Part shown: piece by piece, positions 1 through 9,044 of the stretch
Layout: every line of letters starts with the position of its first letter
How positions within the stretch are numbered: position 1 is the first letter of the stretch
Virus record (IMG/VR): IMGVR_UViG_3300031952_000007
Span: 14,504 to 78,503 of that record
Direction: 5' to 3' (one strand)
Origin: a virus
Taxonomy: Duplodnaviria > Heunggongvirae > Uroviricota > Caudoviricetes > Crassvirales
Length of the DNA stretch: 64,000 nt
Program-made: the position numbers and the translations under genes
The notes under the pieces: model-generated
Told to the model about the DNA's origin: nothing
Databases searched by the model: none
The model's input: only the letters and a program-made list of their open reading frames with translations

Positions 1-179
1 CAATTTATATCTAATACAAACGCTTTGTAATCATCTTCATCTATGTCTATACCCCAATGATCAATTAATGCTTTCCACATTACAGAATATTCTTCTAAAT
101 GTAATTTTGGAATAACATACGAATCTTGGAACATGCCATAAATAACTTTGCTTAATACATCTAAATTCTTCTGTGCCAT
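1..179 (-). CDS. hypothetical protein, N-terminal part (ATG at 179; gene continues past window start)
   Basis: Open minus-strand frame from ATG at 179 (MAQKNLDVLSKVIYGMFQDSYVIP...) running off the window edge; not in ORF track because truncated. Confidence 0.4.
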   Translation of the reverse strand, partial: MAQKNLDVLSKVIYGMFQDSYVIPKLHLEEYSVMWKALIDHWGIDIDEDDYKAFVLDIN

Positions 180-190
180 ATTACAAATTT

Positions 191-218
191 AAGAAAAAAG
201 AGGGACATTTAGTCCCCC
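191..218 (-). terminator. rho-independent terminator after GHKL ATPase gene
   Basis: Hairpin gagggac-attta-gtccccc followed on the minus strand by TTTTTTCTT, immediately 3' of the stop at 227. Confidence 0.5.
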
Positions 219-226
219 TTTTATAG

Positions 227-2500
227 TTAATTTTCTACTAATTCTTTAACAGTTTCTTCTGTTATTGCCATTGTGTTATATCTATCTAGATTTACTTTCT
301 GTTTGTGATATTTAAATAGATCACTCATTGCATCAAGAAATTCTTTAGATGGAGTGGTATATGCTGTAAATAATCCAAGCATAGTGTTTATGAACGGAAG
401 TCTTTCAAGAGTGCTCTTCACTTCTACATAAAAAGAATATATTTCTGGATCAAATAGATTTTGCTGTTCTGCTATTTCAATCATTGCTATATAAATAGCT
501 GACTCACCTCTAGTGTAATTATCATCAGCATATTTATCTAGTGTTTGTAACTTGTGATACAACTCTGAAGAAACATCTGATAATACATTCATTTTATCAA
601 ATGTTGATCTGTGCTTAGTTCTTAACTCAGCAATCAATTTACCAGTGACTATTCTTCTAAATGCTTTGTGTGTTCCGTCCATAAATTTATCTAATTTAAT
701 CCAATTGTGTACATTGATTTTTTCTAAGTTCTTAAGTTCTCTATCAGAAAACTGAACAAATCTAATTTTATCACTTTTTACAGTGGTGAACAAAAGATCC
801 ATTCTTTTAGCATCTTCTGATCCACCATAAACTGTAAGTTGTTTGGTTTTATGAAGATCCTCAAGATTATACACTTCACTCACCCATTTACAATTAGAAC
901 CAGAAACATCTCTTAACAACTTTGTAGCCTCTTTACCAATAATCTGTCCTTTCAATTTAACTCTTCTATCTTTAGATATGGAAACTTTAACTTTCTTTCT
1001 AGCATCAATAAAAGATTGAGGAACAACTAGTGCATCAAGATCTATCCATGTTTTTGTGTACATTTCTATAATAGCATGAAACTCCTTAATTGCAGCTCTC
1101 CACAAACTCTTGTTAATTTTCTCAAGTCCCAATAGAGTTACATAAGTGCTGTAATTAGATAGTCTTCTCAAACTACCAAGAGTGAAATTAGAAGATTTCT
1201 TCATAAATAATGTCTTCTTAGACCATCCCATAGGAGCTATACTCTTAGTGTATTCCTTCTTAGTTACAGGAACCCTATCAGTGTATTTGTATACAGAACT
1301 AACAGAATTATTATCCTGATACCTATCTATACTAGTTTCCCAACTACCTCTACATTCTTTGAACTTACCGTTCTCAATTTTAAAATTAACAGTGTATTCT
1401 CCCAAGATCCACTCTCTATTTCTATAGATTGTTTTCATATCAAGAATGTTAATTCCCTTAAGTTTTGGTTCTGTAAATTTAACTGTAGCATAATTATCTA
1501 TTTCTCCTGCATCAAATTTTACATCTCCAACAGTGACAAACTTCTTTTTATTAGCATAGAAGTTCATAACCGCCTGGATATCTTCTGTATCTTGAGAGAG
1601 TTCATTGTATTTATTTACAAAGAAATCAGCCACCTTTGCTATTTTATCAAGAATCAATGCTTTAGCCTCTTTGGTATATCTAATACTTTCCCTATTTGGT
1701 GTAGGAAACAATCCATCCATAAGACTAAATCTCAATGCTACAGGAAACTCTATTGTATCAATCCCAATCTTCTCGAAATCAATAGGATAGTAGACATTAT
1801 CAAGACAAAGATGTAATTTATCTGTACTAGATAATTCTGAATACTGAAAATGCTCACTTCTGAATATCTTAAATTTATTATCAACTTGACAATCAAAATA
1901 TACATTCTCGAAATAAGCAAGTTGCTCTGGTATCTTTGCATTAAAATAACTTCTATCAGAATAAGTTACAGGAACAATAACTTTAACACCATTCTCTTCA
2001 AGGGTGGTTTGTTGGTACAATAGATCAATGCTGTTTGTGTCTTCTCCTTCGTACATCATATACTTGCGTTCAACACCATCCTTACGACATACAAAATAGA
2101 AACTAGAACTATAAGCTAGAGGAGCTTTAAAGCCCAAGCCCATCATACCTAGTTCTGTGTTACTGTTACGCTTTGTACTCTTACCATACTTACTAATAAT
2201 ATTTCTAACATCATCTGCATCTAAGCCAATACCAAAATCCTCAACACTAAATTCATAATTGTCTTCTTTGTTAATACCAAATTTTACAACTATAGGTTTG
2301 TCAACCCCAGCTCTTCTATGACTATCAAGTGCATTAGATGCACATTCTCTGATAGTGGAGCCTATTGAATCTGAATAGAGATTCTTACTTAACATCTGCA
2401 TCAATATCTGAGCAGAATCTAAGTCTAATGACATTCCAATTGAATCTTGTGATGTTCCTTCCTCAAGGATGGTGGCTTCTGTTTGTTTTTCTAAAATCAT
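227..2500 (-). CDS. Hsp90/HtpG-like GHKL-family ATPase domain protein (757 aa)
   Basis: N-terminal Bergerat-fold motifs in Hsp90-like order and spacing: N-box ECASNALDS, G1 box DFGIGLD followed by ...NIISKYGKSTK, G2 box GMMGLGFKA. The remaining ~550 aa have no recognisable motifs. Confidence 0.6.
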   Translation of the reverse strand: MILEKQTEATILEEGTSQDSIGMSLDLDSAQILMQMLSKNLYSDSIGSTIRECASNALDSHRRAGVDKPIVVKFGINKEDNYEFSVEDFGIGLDADDVRNIISKYGKSTKRNSNTELGMMGLGFKAPLAYSSSFYFVCRKDGVERKYMMYEGEDTNSIDLLYQQTTLEENGVKVIVPVTYSDRSYFNAKIPEQLAYFENVYFDCQVDNKFKIFRSEHFQYSELSSTDKLHLCLDNVYYPIDFEKIGIDTIEFPVALRFSLMDGLFPTPNRESIRYTKEAKALILDKIAKVADFFVNKYNELSQDTEDIQAVMNFYANKKKFVTVGDVKFDAGEIDNYATVKFTEPKLKGINILDMKTIYRNREWILGEYTVNFKIENGKFKECRGSWETSIDRYQDNNSVSSVYKYTDRVPVTKKEYTKSIAPMGWSKKTLFMKKSSNFTLGSLRRLSNYSTYVTLLGLEKINKSLWRAAIKEFHAIIEMYTKTWIDLDALVVPQSFIDARKKVKVSISKDRRVKLKGQIIGKEATKLLRDVSGSNCKWVSEVYNLEDLHKTKQLTVYGGSEDAKRMDLLFTTVKSDKIRFVQFSDRELKNLEKINVHNWIKLDKFMDGTHKAFRRIVTGKLIAELRTKHRSTFDKMNVLSDVSSELYHKLQTLDKYADDNYTRGESAIYIAMIEIAEQQNLFDPEIYSFYVEVKSTLERLPFINTMLGLFTAYTTPSKEFLDAMSDLFKYHKQKVNLDRYNTMAITEETVKELVEN

Positions 2501-2505
2501 AATTT

Positions 2506-2853
2506 CTAGTTTTTCTTTATTAAAATAATTTGTCTGTGTTCTAAATCATAAAATCTTGTATGATTATGATCCTCTGGAGTAAATAGATAAACTGTTTCTT
2601 TGTACGTACGAGTTGCACCATTATATACGTATGTTACATTTTCTTCTTCTCTTCTTGTAGAACATTTTACAGCTTTATATATTGGTTGCTGTGTTCTCCA
2701 ATGTAATTTATCACCAGTGACTGGTTTCTTTATTACTCTCAAATATTTAAAATGAGATTGGCAGGAGATTAATATTTCATCTCCCACCTCCAAATCTTGA
2801 ATTTTTACTTCCTGCATAATTTTTAATTTTAGAATGGTAGTTTTTCTAACCAA
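2506..2853 (-). CDS. hypothetical protein
   Basis: 115-aa ORF, co-oriented, overlaps the UDG-like gene start by 25 nt. Confidence 0.4.
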   Translation of the reverse strand: MVRKTTILKLKIMQEVKIQDLEVGDEILISCQSHFKYLRVIKKPVTGDKLHWRTQQPIYKAVKCSTRREEENVTYVYNGATRTYKETVYLFTPEDHNHTRFYDLEHRQIILIKKN

Positions 2854-3545
2854 TCTATGTGAAAATTATTATTACCTTTTAAAATCTTGTTCACTTTACC
2901 AAATACACCCTCTGTATCCCATTCTGCACCTTTGTATGAAGCAGAAGCTGGATGACTTACAGCAAATGACCAACTCATTGGTTGTACATATTTCTGATAT
3001 TTAGCAGCATCTTTACCAAGAAAGATAATAGGAGCTCCTGTATATGCCAAAACTTCTTCTAATAGATATTTGGTAAATGGTTCCCAGAGATCAATATGTG
3101 AACCTGCTTTGTTTATTTCTGTTGTCAGTGCTGCATTAAGCATAAGTACACCTTGTGATGCCAAATAACTAACATTAGCACTCTTGAATGTTTCTAGAGA
3201 TAATCCTTCATACAATTCTCTTTCTATACCTCCATAAAATTGTTGTAATGATGGTTGTAATTCTCCTGTATTACTACAGCCCATTAACAATCCATCAGCT
3301 ACAGGTTCTCCATGCTTCATTGAGTGATAGGGGCACATACCCATAATAATCACTTTAACCTCATCTAGTGGTGTCGCTTTGAAACATTTATATACATTAC
3401 ATGAAAGAGGAGCAATTGTCTTGCCCCTCTTACTTTCATGCTTCAGAAATTTATAGATGTTATCACAAGCTTCACTCTCAATGAATGGCTGTATTTTATT
3501 ATGCCAGCTCTCATGAAACTGATCTTTAAACTTCTCAAAATCCAT
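2829..3545 (-). CDS. family-1 uracil-DNA glycosylase (UNG) homolog with non-canonical active-site residues
   Basis: Colinear with UNG over its whole length: VKVIIMGMCPYH vs VKVVILGQDPYH, GVLMLNAALT vs GVLLLNAVLT, IIFLGKDAAKY vs VFLLWGSYAQKK, VSHPASAS vs TAHPSPLS, FHIDW vs PIDW. Catalytic Gln-Asp is replaced by Met-Cys and the wedge Leu by Ala, while the Asn and His are kept. Confidence 0.75.
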   Translation of the reverse strand: MDFEKFKDQFHESWHNKIQPFIESEACDNIYKFLKHESKRGKTIAPLSCNVYKCFKATPLDEVKVIIMGMCPYHSMKHGEPVADGLLMGCSNTGELQPSLQQFYGGIERELYEGLSLETFKSANVSYLASQGVLMLNAALTTEINKAGSHIDLWEPFTKYLLEEVLAYTGAPIIFLGKDAAKYQKYVQPMSWSFAVSHPASASYKGAEWDTEGVFGKVNKILKGNNNFHIDWLEKLPF

Positions 3546-3546
3546 A

Positions 3547-4353
3547 TTACATTATATTTTCTTGATCAAAACTCATTTCTAATTGACTGAATCTTGATGG
3601 GTTAAAACTTATTTCTAACTCTTGTTGAGGAGAAACTAAAATACCACTCTCATTAACAAAGAATTTGTGTGCATCAATATGACTATTCATCCAGAATATA
3701 GGACTTGTATCCTTCATAGCATAGGTTGTATAGTTATACAGTTCCCATAAGCTATCTGGAGCATTGTAATCATGTGTAGGAGCTTGTAATTCTTTCTTAA
3801 CAACACTTAATTGATGAGAGTTAATAAGACCTTCTTCAATATACATTCTACCAATCAACTCTGCTCTAGTACGCTTAGTGATTTCAATCTGCTTCATTGC
3901 TTCTCTTTCACCTTGCATTCTTGTAAATGCATCACCAGCTTCTTTGATGTATTCAGAGATTGCATTAGGAGTAAATTCTTGAATACCACCCATATGCTTC
4001 TTCTTGAATGCTCCCATATCACCTGATACAGAACCATTTTGACAAATGAATATACGTGTACCAATAGCAAACTTCAATGTAAGTTTCTTATTGTAGCTAT
4101 TCTGCCAGCCAATCTGCAATTGCATTTCTTGATCAGCTACATTACCAATACTAAATCTACCATTAGCAATCTGTCCAGCATCACAAGCTGAATAAGTTTC
4201 TTTGTCTAATTTAAACCCAGCTTTCTCAATACCATTTAATGTAAGATCTATTAGCTGAGAATGGCTAATTGGTTTGTAGGTTCTTGTCTGTGTAGGAACT
4301 TCTGTTGATGTAAGTAATTCCTTAGTTGTGTTGTACGTTCTTTTTAAGTCCAT
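3547..4353 (-). CDS. hypothetical protein (268 aa)
   Basis: Long co-oriented ORF with a stop/start overlap with the next gene; no motif recognised. Confidence 0.5.
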   Translation of the reverse strand: MDLKRTYNTTKELLTSTEVPTQTRTYKPISHSQLIDLTLNGIEKAGFKLDKETYSACDAGQIANGRFSIGNVADQEMQLQIGWQNSYNKKLTLKFAIGTRIFICQNGSVSGDMGAFKKKHMGGIQEFTPNAISEYIKEAGDAFTRMQGEREAMKQIEITKRTRAELIGRMYIEEGLINSHQLSVVKKELQAPTHDYNAPDSLWELYNYTTYAMKDTSPIFWMNSHIDAHKFFVNESGILVSPQQELEISFNPSRFSQLEMSFDQENIM

Positions 4354-5351
4354 TAAATTAATTTTTTGTGTTTTAAATAATTTTCAATTGCATCCATTCC
4401 ATGAGCTTTTGCAAGATCAGCCCAATCTTTGATTCCTTCTATTAGATACTTACGGGGAACGTTAGCATAATCAAATTCAAATATCTTAGTTATTTGTTGT
4501 GAATTTGCAACACCTGTAACATCAGAATCAAAGCTTAAGATTTGTCTATTAGAGTTTGCTTTAATATAATCAACATTATCTTTAGAGAAGCAACCAATGC
4601 CTTCATTTTGAACTGCACAGGTACAAGGAAATAGCTTTTTGATCACCATATAATCCTTCTTACTCTTATTGATAAATGCTACATCACAATCTTTTATATC
4701 TGACATGCCATCCATTGTTGTGATGGGAACATTATTTGGTACCCATTTATTCTTCTTATCAGCAAATGGTCTGTAAATCTTCCAATGGCCATTGTAATAA
4801 TAACCAAATCTCAATTCATTTTCCTTTAATGCAAACAAACTCTTGTTCAAATATAGCTTCTTTATAGCATATACATTATTGTCTCTAAGATCTTGTATGT
4901 CTTGATGATAGGTATTCCAATAGGCAAGTTCTTCATTAGTAAACTTTCTTGTAATTGCTTGAATCAATGAATATCTCTTCTCTACGTTCTCTGGTTGTTT
5001 GTATTCAGCAATTATCTTCTTGTAATCCTTCTCACTACTATTTGTAAAACCCAACCCAAAATCCCTATCAATCATCTCCATAGCTTCTACAAAAGAAATA
5101 TTGTATAATAGCTGTACAAAATCAAAGCAACCACCTCTCTTGTTTGTGTCTGAGAAATCAATAAATGATATATAACCATTCTTATTACCTATAATGAAAG
5201 AAGGATTGTTTTCATTCCTGAATGGAGAATAAGTTATCCTATTCAGCTTCCAATCTTTATTAGGCATATACCATCTGAATATGTCATACTCACTAATCTT
5301 AGTGAGGATTTCTTCTGGTGAAAGTCTACATTTCTTTTTTCCTGCTATCAT
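4353..5351 (-). CDS. primase-like protein (TOPRIM-type) with degenerate CHC2 zinc-finger region
   Basis: Residues ~40-95 (ITYSPFRNENNPSFIIG...GGCFDFVQLL) are colinear with the DnaG CHC2 finger (CPFHxExTPSF...CFGCGxxGxxIDF) but lack the Zn ligands. C-terminal region has a TOPRIM-like E..G (AVQNEGIG) and DxD (ILSFDSDVTG). Confidence 0.45.
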   Translation of the reverse strand: MIAGKKKCRLSPEEILTKISEYDIFRWYMPNKDWKLNRITYSPFRNENNPSFIIGNKNGYISFIDFSDTNKRGGCFDFVQLLYNISFVEAMEMIDRDFGLGFTNSSEKDYKKIIAEYKQPENVEKRYSLIQAITRKFTNEELAYWNTYHQDIQDLRDNNVYAIKKLYLNKSLFALKENELRFGYYYNGHWKIYRPFADKKNKWVPNNVPITTMDGMSDIKDCDVAFINKSKKDYMVIKKLFPCTCAVQNEGIGCFSKDNVDYIKANSNRQILSFDSDVTGVANSQQITKIFEFDYANVPRKYLIEGIKDWADLAKAHGMDAIENYLKHKKLI

Positions 5352-5416
5352 AATTGCAAATATAAAAAATCCCCTACCAAATTAATGATAGGGGACTCAT
5401 TTATTTTTTCTCTGAA

Positions 5417-6286
5417 TTAGAAATCAGAACCATCTGTAGAAAATGTTTCATCAGATGCTACTAAATTATCTTCAGCGTTATAGTCTTTCAAGTCTTTCAG
5501 AATGTAAAACTCTTTACATCCATATTCACCTGTAATACCTTTAACAAACCTTTCTACACCTTTGAGATCTTTAGAAGTTTTGTTTTGGATTGACTTAAGA
5601 ACATTACTGTTACTGTAGTCAACCAATCTAAATTGCTTCAAGAAATAAGAAGGAAGAAAGTCTTTGTTATACACTCCCTGGTATTCTTTAATCTCATCAT
5701 CTTTTGTAACAGTTTTAATTGTTGCAAGAGCTATGAAAGTAACATCATAACCACCAGTGATTTGTTCTTTAAGATCTTTAGTGTTACCTTTCATCAACCT
5801 TTTCCAATCAAGTTCTAAAGTTGTTTCAGCATCACTGTAATCAAGACCACCTAACCATGTGCGTAAGAAGTTGTACAAATCATCTTCACCAACATGAGCT
5901 TCACGATAATCTCTTTTAGCAAACCATGTAGGTAGAGCTTCTTCATTCTCTGCCCAAGAACTTACACCAACATTATTGATGTATTGTTTCTTAGTAAGAT
6001 CTTTGTTCTTCCTAACCTTGTTCTCTAGATAGAAAGTCATCTTGAACTTATCTTTGTTCTTAACTTCTTCTAGCCAAATGTCTACACGAAGTTTTGCATC
6101 TCCTGTATCATTTGTTGTTAAATACTCAAGTGTCTTACTGTCTTCTTTCAACTCAATGTTTAGAAGATCTTTGTAATCTTCTGCATCAGGATTGATAGCA
6201 ATCACTCTGCTTTCAAACAATCCTACCTTTTTACTAAACTCAGGTAGTTGCTTACTTTCTCTTTTTTTACCTCCAATGTTACTCAT
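5417..6286 (-). CDS. hypothetical protein; possible ssDNA-binding protein
   Basis: 289-aa ORF ending in an acidic tail ...ASDETFSTDGSDF, reminiscent of SSB C-terminal acidic tails; otherwise no motif. Confidence 0.45.
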   Translation of the reverse strand: MSNIGGKKRESKQLPEFSKKVGLFESRVIAINPDAEDYKDLLNIELKEDSKTLEYLTTNDTGDAKLRVDIWLEEVKNKDKFKMTFYLENKVRKNKDLTKKQYINNVGVSSWAENEEALPTWFAKRDYREAHVGEDDLYNFLRTWLGGLDYSDAETTLELDWKRLMKGNTKDLKEQITGGYDVTFIALATIKTVTKDDEIKEYQGVYNKDFLPSYFLKQFRLVDYSNSNVLKSIQNKTSKDLKGVERFVKGITGEYGCKEFYILKDLKDYNAEDNLVASDETFSTDGSDF

Positions 6287-6306
6287 TGTTTTCTGTGTTT
6301 TAATTG

Positions 6307-6978
6307 TTAATTATAATATGCGTCAACTGTATCTACAACTAATTGTAAATTATTTGGAATTTTTACTTCTTCAAACATTCCTGAAGGACTCTTTGCTGGA
6401 AACTTTTTAAACCTGTTTGTTACAAAACTGTACGTACAAACACCATCCTTAGCTTCTTCTACAAATGTGTACAAACACACTGTAAGAAGTCCTTCTAAAA
6501 CAATCTGATTATCAATCAGCTTACCTGCTGTTTTAATCTTATATCCTACAATCTCTCCACCATCTTCAATAGTTTCAGGATGCGTAAAGTAGAACACTTT
6601 AATATCATCTCTAAGTTTACGAGCTTCTCTAAACACTCCCACAATATCTCTAGCCATAAGAGTAAATTTGGCATAACCAACCTCTGTAGCTTTAGCTATC
6701 ATGTTAAAACCCATGATGTAATTACTGTCCTCGATGATGATGTTCTTGATGTGAGGAGCATTCTTTGAAATCTTCTGAAGATGTAGAGCAATGTCAATAG
6801 CATCATCCATTTCTTTGTAATTCTTGTTCTCTTCATTATAGAGCTTTTCTGCTCCTTTGAAGGGAAGTTCTTTCTTTGCTACGTTAATAATATACGTAGT
6901 TTTTGGATCTAAATGCTTGATAGAGGTTGACTTACCTGTACCTGAAGCACCAACAATCCCAATTAATTTACTTGCCAT
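6307..6978 (-). CDS. P-loop NTPase (small Sak4/AAA_24-like recombination ATPase or nucleotide kinase)
   Basis: N-terminal Walker A IGIVGASGTGKST; Walker B-like hydrophobic stretch ending in D (IIIEDS); 223 aa. Confidence 0.55.
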   Translation of the reverse strand: MASKLIGIVGASGTGKSTSIKHLDPKTTYIINVAKKELPFKGAEKLYNEENKNYKEMDDAIDIALHLQKISKNAPHIKNIIIEDSNYIMGFNMIAKATEVGYAKFTLMARDIVGVFREARKLRDDIKVFYFTHPETIEDGGEIVGYKIKTAGKLIDNQIVLEGLLTVCLYTFVEEAKDGVCTYSFVTNRFKKFPAKSPSGMFEEVKIPNNLQLVVDTVDAYYN

Positions 6979-7000
6979 GTTTTAAATTTTAGTTTATTAT

Positions 7001-7213
7001 TTAATCCTTCGAAGATACAACAATTTTGTCAGATTTCAAAATTGTTGTCTTAGTATCCATAAGGTTTGGATCTTTAATAAGTTGCTCATAAAGATACTGC
7101 ACTTCATCAAGATTTTTACCAAAACTACTGTCAATCATCTTACCACCTATAGTGACATAATAATAAGCTGGCTCATTAAATTCTTCTCTTTTAACTAATT
7201 CAATTTTCTTCAT
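7001..7213 (-). CDS. hypothetical protein (70 aa)
   Basis: Small co-oriented ORF with a 4-nt overlap with the helicase exon. Confidence 0.4.
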   Translation of the reverse strand: MKKIELVKREEFNEPAYYYVTIGGKMIDSSFGKNLDEVQYLYEQLIKDPNLMDTKTTILKSDKIVVSSKD

Positions 7214-7983
7214 ACATACTTAATTTTTGATTGATTTAACATTGATAGACTCTCTACAATTTTCTTTAGTTCTGGTTTCTCATTCAAACATAAAATGTGC
7301 AAGTCAGCAATCTTTCCATGATAGTCTAATTTAATAGCTCTATTTAGGATTTGAGAACTCTCTTCAGCATTATATGTAAAGTTGGTGAGGATTACAGAAT
7401 CAAGATCTGGATAGGTTACACCAATCTTTCCCATTGCTGCTAATGCAAGATGATTTATCTCTCCATTCTTGAAGTCTTGAAAATTACCATCATTCTTAGA
7501 CTTACTATGATAGGAAGGACAACCAACCTCATCAGCAACCTTTGCAAGACCTGTGAACACTAACACTCGTTTATCTGACAAATCGTTTAGAAGAGCCTTT
7601 AAATAGCTCATTTTGGCAATTGATGATTGAGAGAGTCTGTTTCTAGCTAATGCTAAATGCATAAAGTTTCTACCTTCTCTTTTCAACTTTTCAATCACCC
7701 AAGAATAACCATCATATTTCTGTTTCTCTGTCTTTTCTTTACCATTCTTGTCTATTGTAACTTTCTTTGTGTCTAGATTGATAAGATGTACAGAGATTTG
7801 ATAGTCTGCTAATATACCATCCTCAATTCCTTGATCTGTGGTGTAGCTTCCTATCTCTTTAATCTCTTCCCATTGCTCAATAGTTTCTGATGATACAGTT
7901 CCTGATAGACACAATGTGTACGTACAATTATCAATTATCTCTTTACACAATTCTCTTTCATTCTCACTTGCACTGTGGAATTC
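7210..7983 (-). CDS. SF2 helicase, 3' exon (helicase C-terminal domain)
   Basis: Frame is open upstream of the annotated TTG 'start' (7950) back to 7983, giving EFHSASENERE-LCKEIID... Carries helicase motifs III (LSGT), IV (VLVFTGL) and V/VI (ILTNFTYNAEESSQILNRAIKL). Joins exon 1 to restore the DExH box. Confidence 0.65.
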   Translation of the reverse strand, partial: EFHSASENERELCKEIIDNCTYTLCLSGTVSSETIEQWEEIKEIGSYTTDQGIEDGILADYQISVHLINLDTKKVTIDKNGKEKTEKQKYDGYSWVIEKLKREGRNFMHLALARNRLSQSSIAKMSYLKALLNDLSDKRVLVFTGLAKVADEVGCPSYHSKSKNDGNFQDFKNGEINHLALAAMGKIGVTYPDLDSVILTNFTYNAEESSQILNRAIKLDYHGKIADLHILCLNEKPELKKIVESLSMLNQSKIKYV

Positions 7984-9044
7984 CGTTTATGTTAACTTTT
8001 AGTTTCCTAAAAGACCAGACTATATCTTATTACTAAATTAAAATTTTTTGTCAGACCAATAATAACCTCCACATTTACCTTTTCTTTTAATAGCCTCAAA
8101 AATTCCTGATGGATATTTACAAGGATTTATTATATTAAAAGCTTCAGTAACAGAAGAAAAAACTTGTAATAAATTTTTATTGCAATCATACATATATACA
8201 ATTTTAGATTTATTTATATAACTCTTGTTATAATTATTAGATAAATAATCTTTTTCATATAAAATTATATGATTTCCTGCAGTTATATTTGTCATCTTTT
8301 TTGAAAGAACATTGCTAATACTAGTGATTTTAACATTAAGGTTTTTAGCACACTCCCCTATAGATGAGAAAGTGTTTATATAATCATAATTTAAAGATAA
8401 TACTACAACTTTTTTTTTATGACCATCCGAAGATCTTTGTAAACTATCTTTAGTGCGATCTACTATTAATCCTTTTCCACCTTCTCTAATATTAGTTAAA
8501 TTATTATAGTTATTTATCCAGTATTTTTCTTTTTCTTCCCAATTGTTTTTATCACATTCTTCAATTAATGTAATAATAGGATACAAGTTTTGTTTTTTAA
8601 GAGTTTTTATCCAATTACAAACATGAGTTTTTACATTTTTTGTAAAAGCTGCACATTTATGTTGACTTAATCTTTGAGACAACCTTGATACTGTAACACC
8701 AACATATCTAATTTCCTTTGTTATAGGATTAGATAAACTATAAATTTTATATGTTCTTTCCATAATAGTATTATAATGAATTTCACTACAATACTACATA
8801 AATTAATTTAATAATCCAAGCGTTTCATGTTAAATAATTATTAACATTACTCTACTCCCTTTATACAAAATATTGTATAGGTTTCGATAGTCGTTGAACC
8901 TTATTCCCATTAGGAATCTTGGCTGCTGATTGTCCAATTCTTATCTCTTTTACTATAATATAGTCATTACTGCTATATGGAGTGTATAAGACTCTAAGGA
9001 GTTTCCAGTCAATTAACTTGGTTTAAAGTGAACTTATATAATCA
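7984..9044 (-). mobile_element. group I intron (IA2-like) inside the SF2 helicase gene, carrying a GIY-YIG HEG
   Basis: Minus-strand core elements: P-like AAUUGACUGGAAACUCC (+8992..9017), Q AAUCAGCAGCCAAG (+8920..8938), R GUUCAACGACUA (+8888..8903), S AAGAUAUAGUCUGG (+8010..8030). P6 and P9 hairpins present. The internal guide sequence GUUCAC can pair with the exon end GUGGAU with a U.G wobble at the 5' splice site. The 3' end is a G in ...ACG|GAAUUC. Confidence 0.7.
8038..8763 (-). CDS. GIY-YIG homing endonuclease (intron-encoded)
   Basis: N-terminal YKIYSLSNPITKEIRYVGVT (GIY...YVG), then R..H, EKYWINNY and NIREGG motifs. Lies between R and S of intron 1 (P8 position). Confidence 0.8.
   Translation of the reverse strand: MERTYKIYSLSNPITKEIRYVGVTVSRLSQRLSQHKCAAFTKNVKTHVCNWIKTLKKQNLYPIITLIEECDKNNWEEKEKYWINNYNNLTNIREGGKGLIVDRTKDSLQRSSDGHKKKVVVLSLNYDYINTFSSIGECAKNLNVKITSISNVLSKKMTNITAGNHIILYEKDYLSNNYNKSYINKSKIVYMYDCNKNLLQVFSSVTEAFNIINPCKYPSGIFEAIKRKGKCGGYYWSDKKF

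Noticed and set aside
1592-1941. Plus- and minus-strand ORFs 1592..1816, 1605..1790 and 1750..1941 inside the GHKL ATPase gene
   Set aside because: Fully embedded in, and antisense or out of frame to, a long well-supported gene; low-complexity translations; typical AT-rich shadow ORFs.
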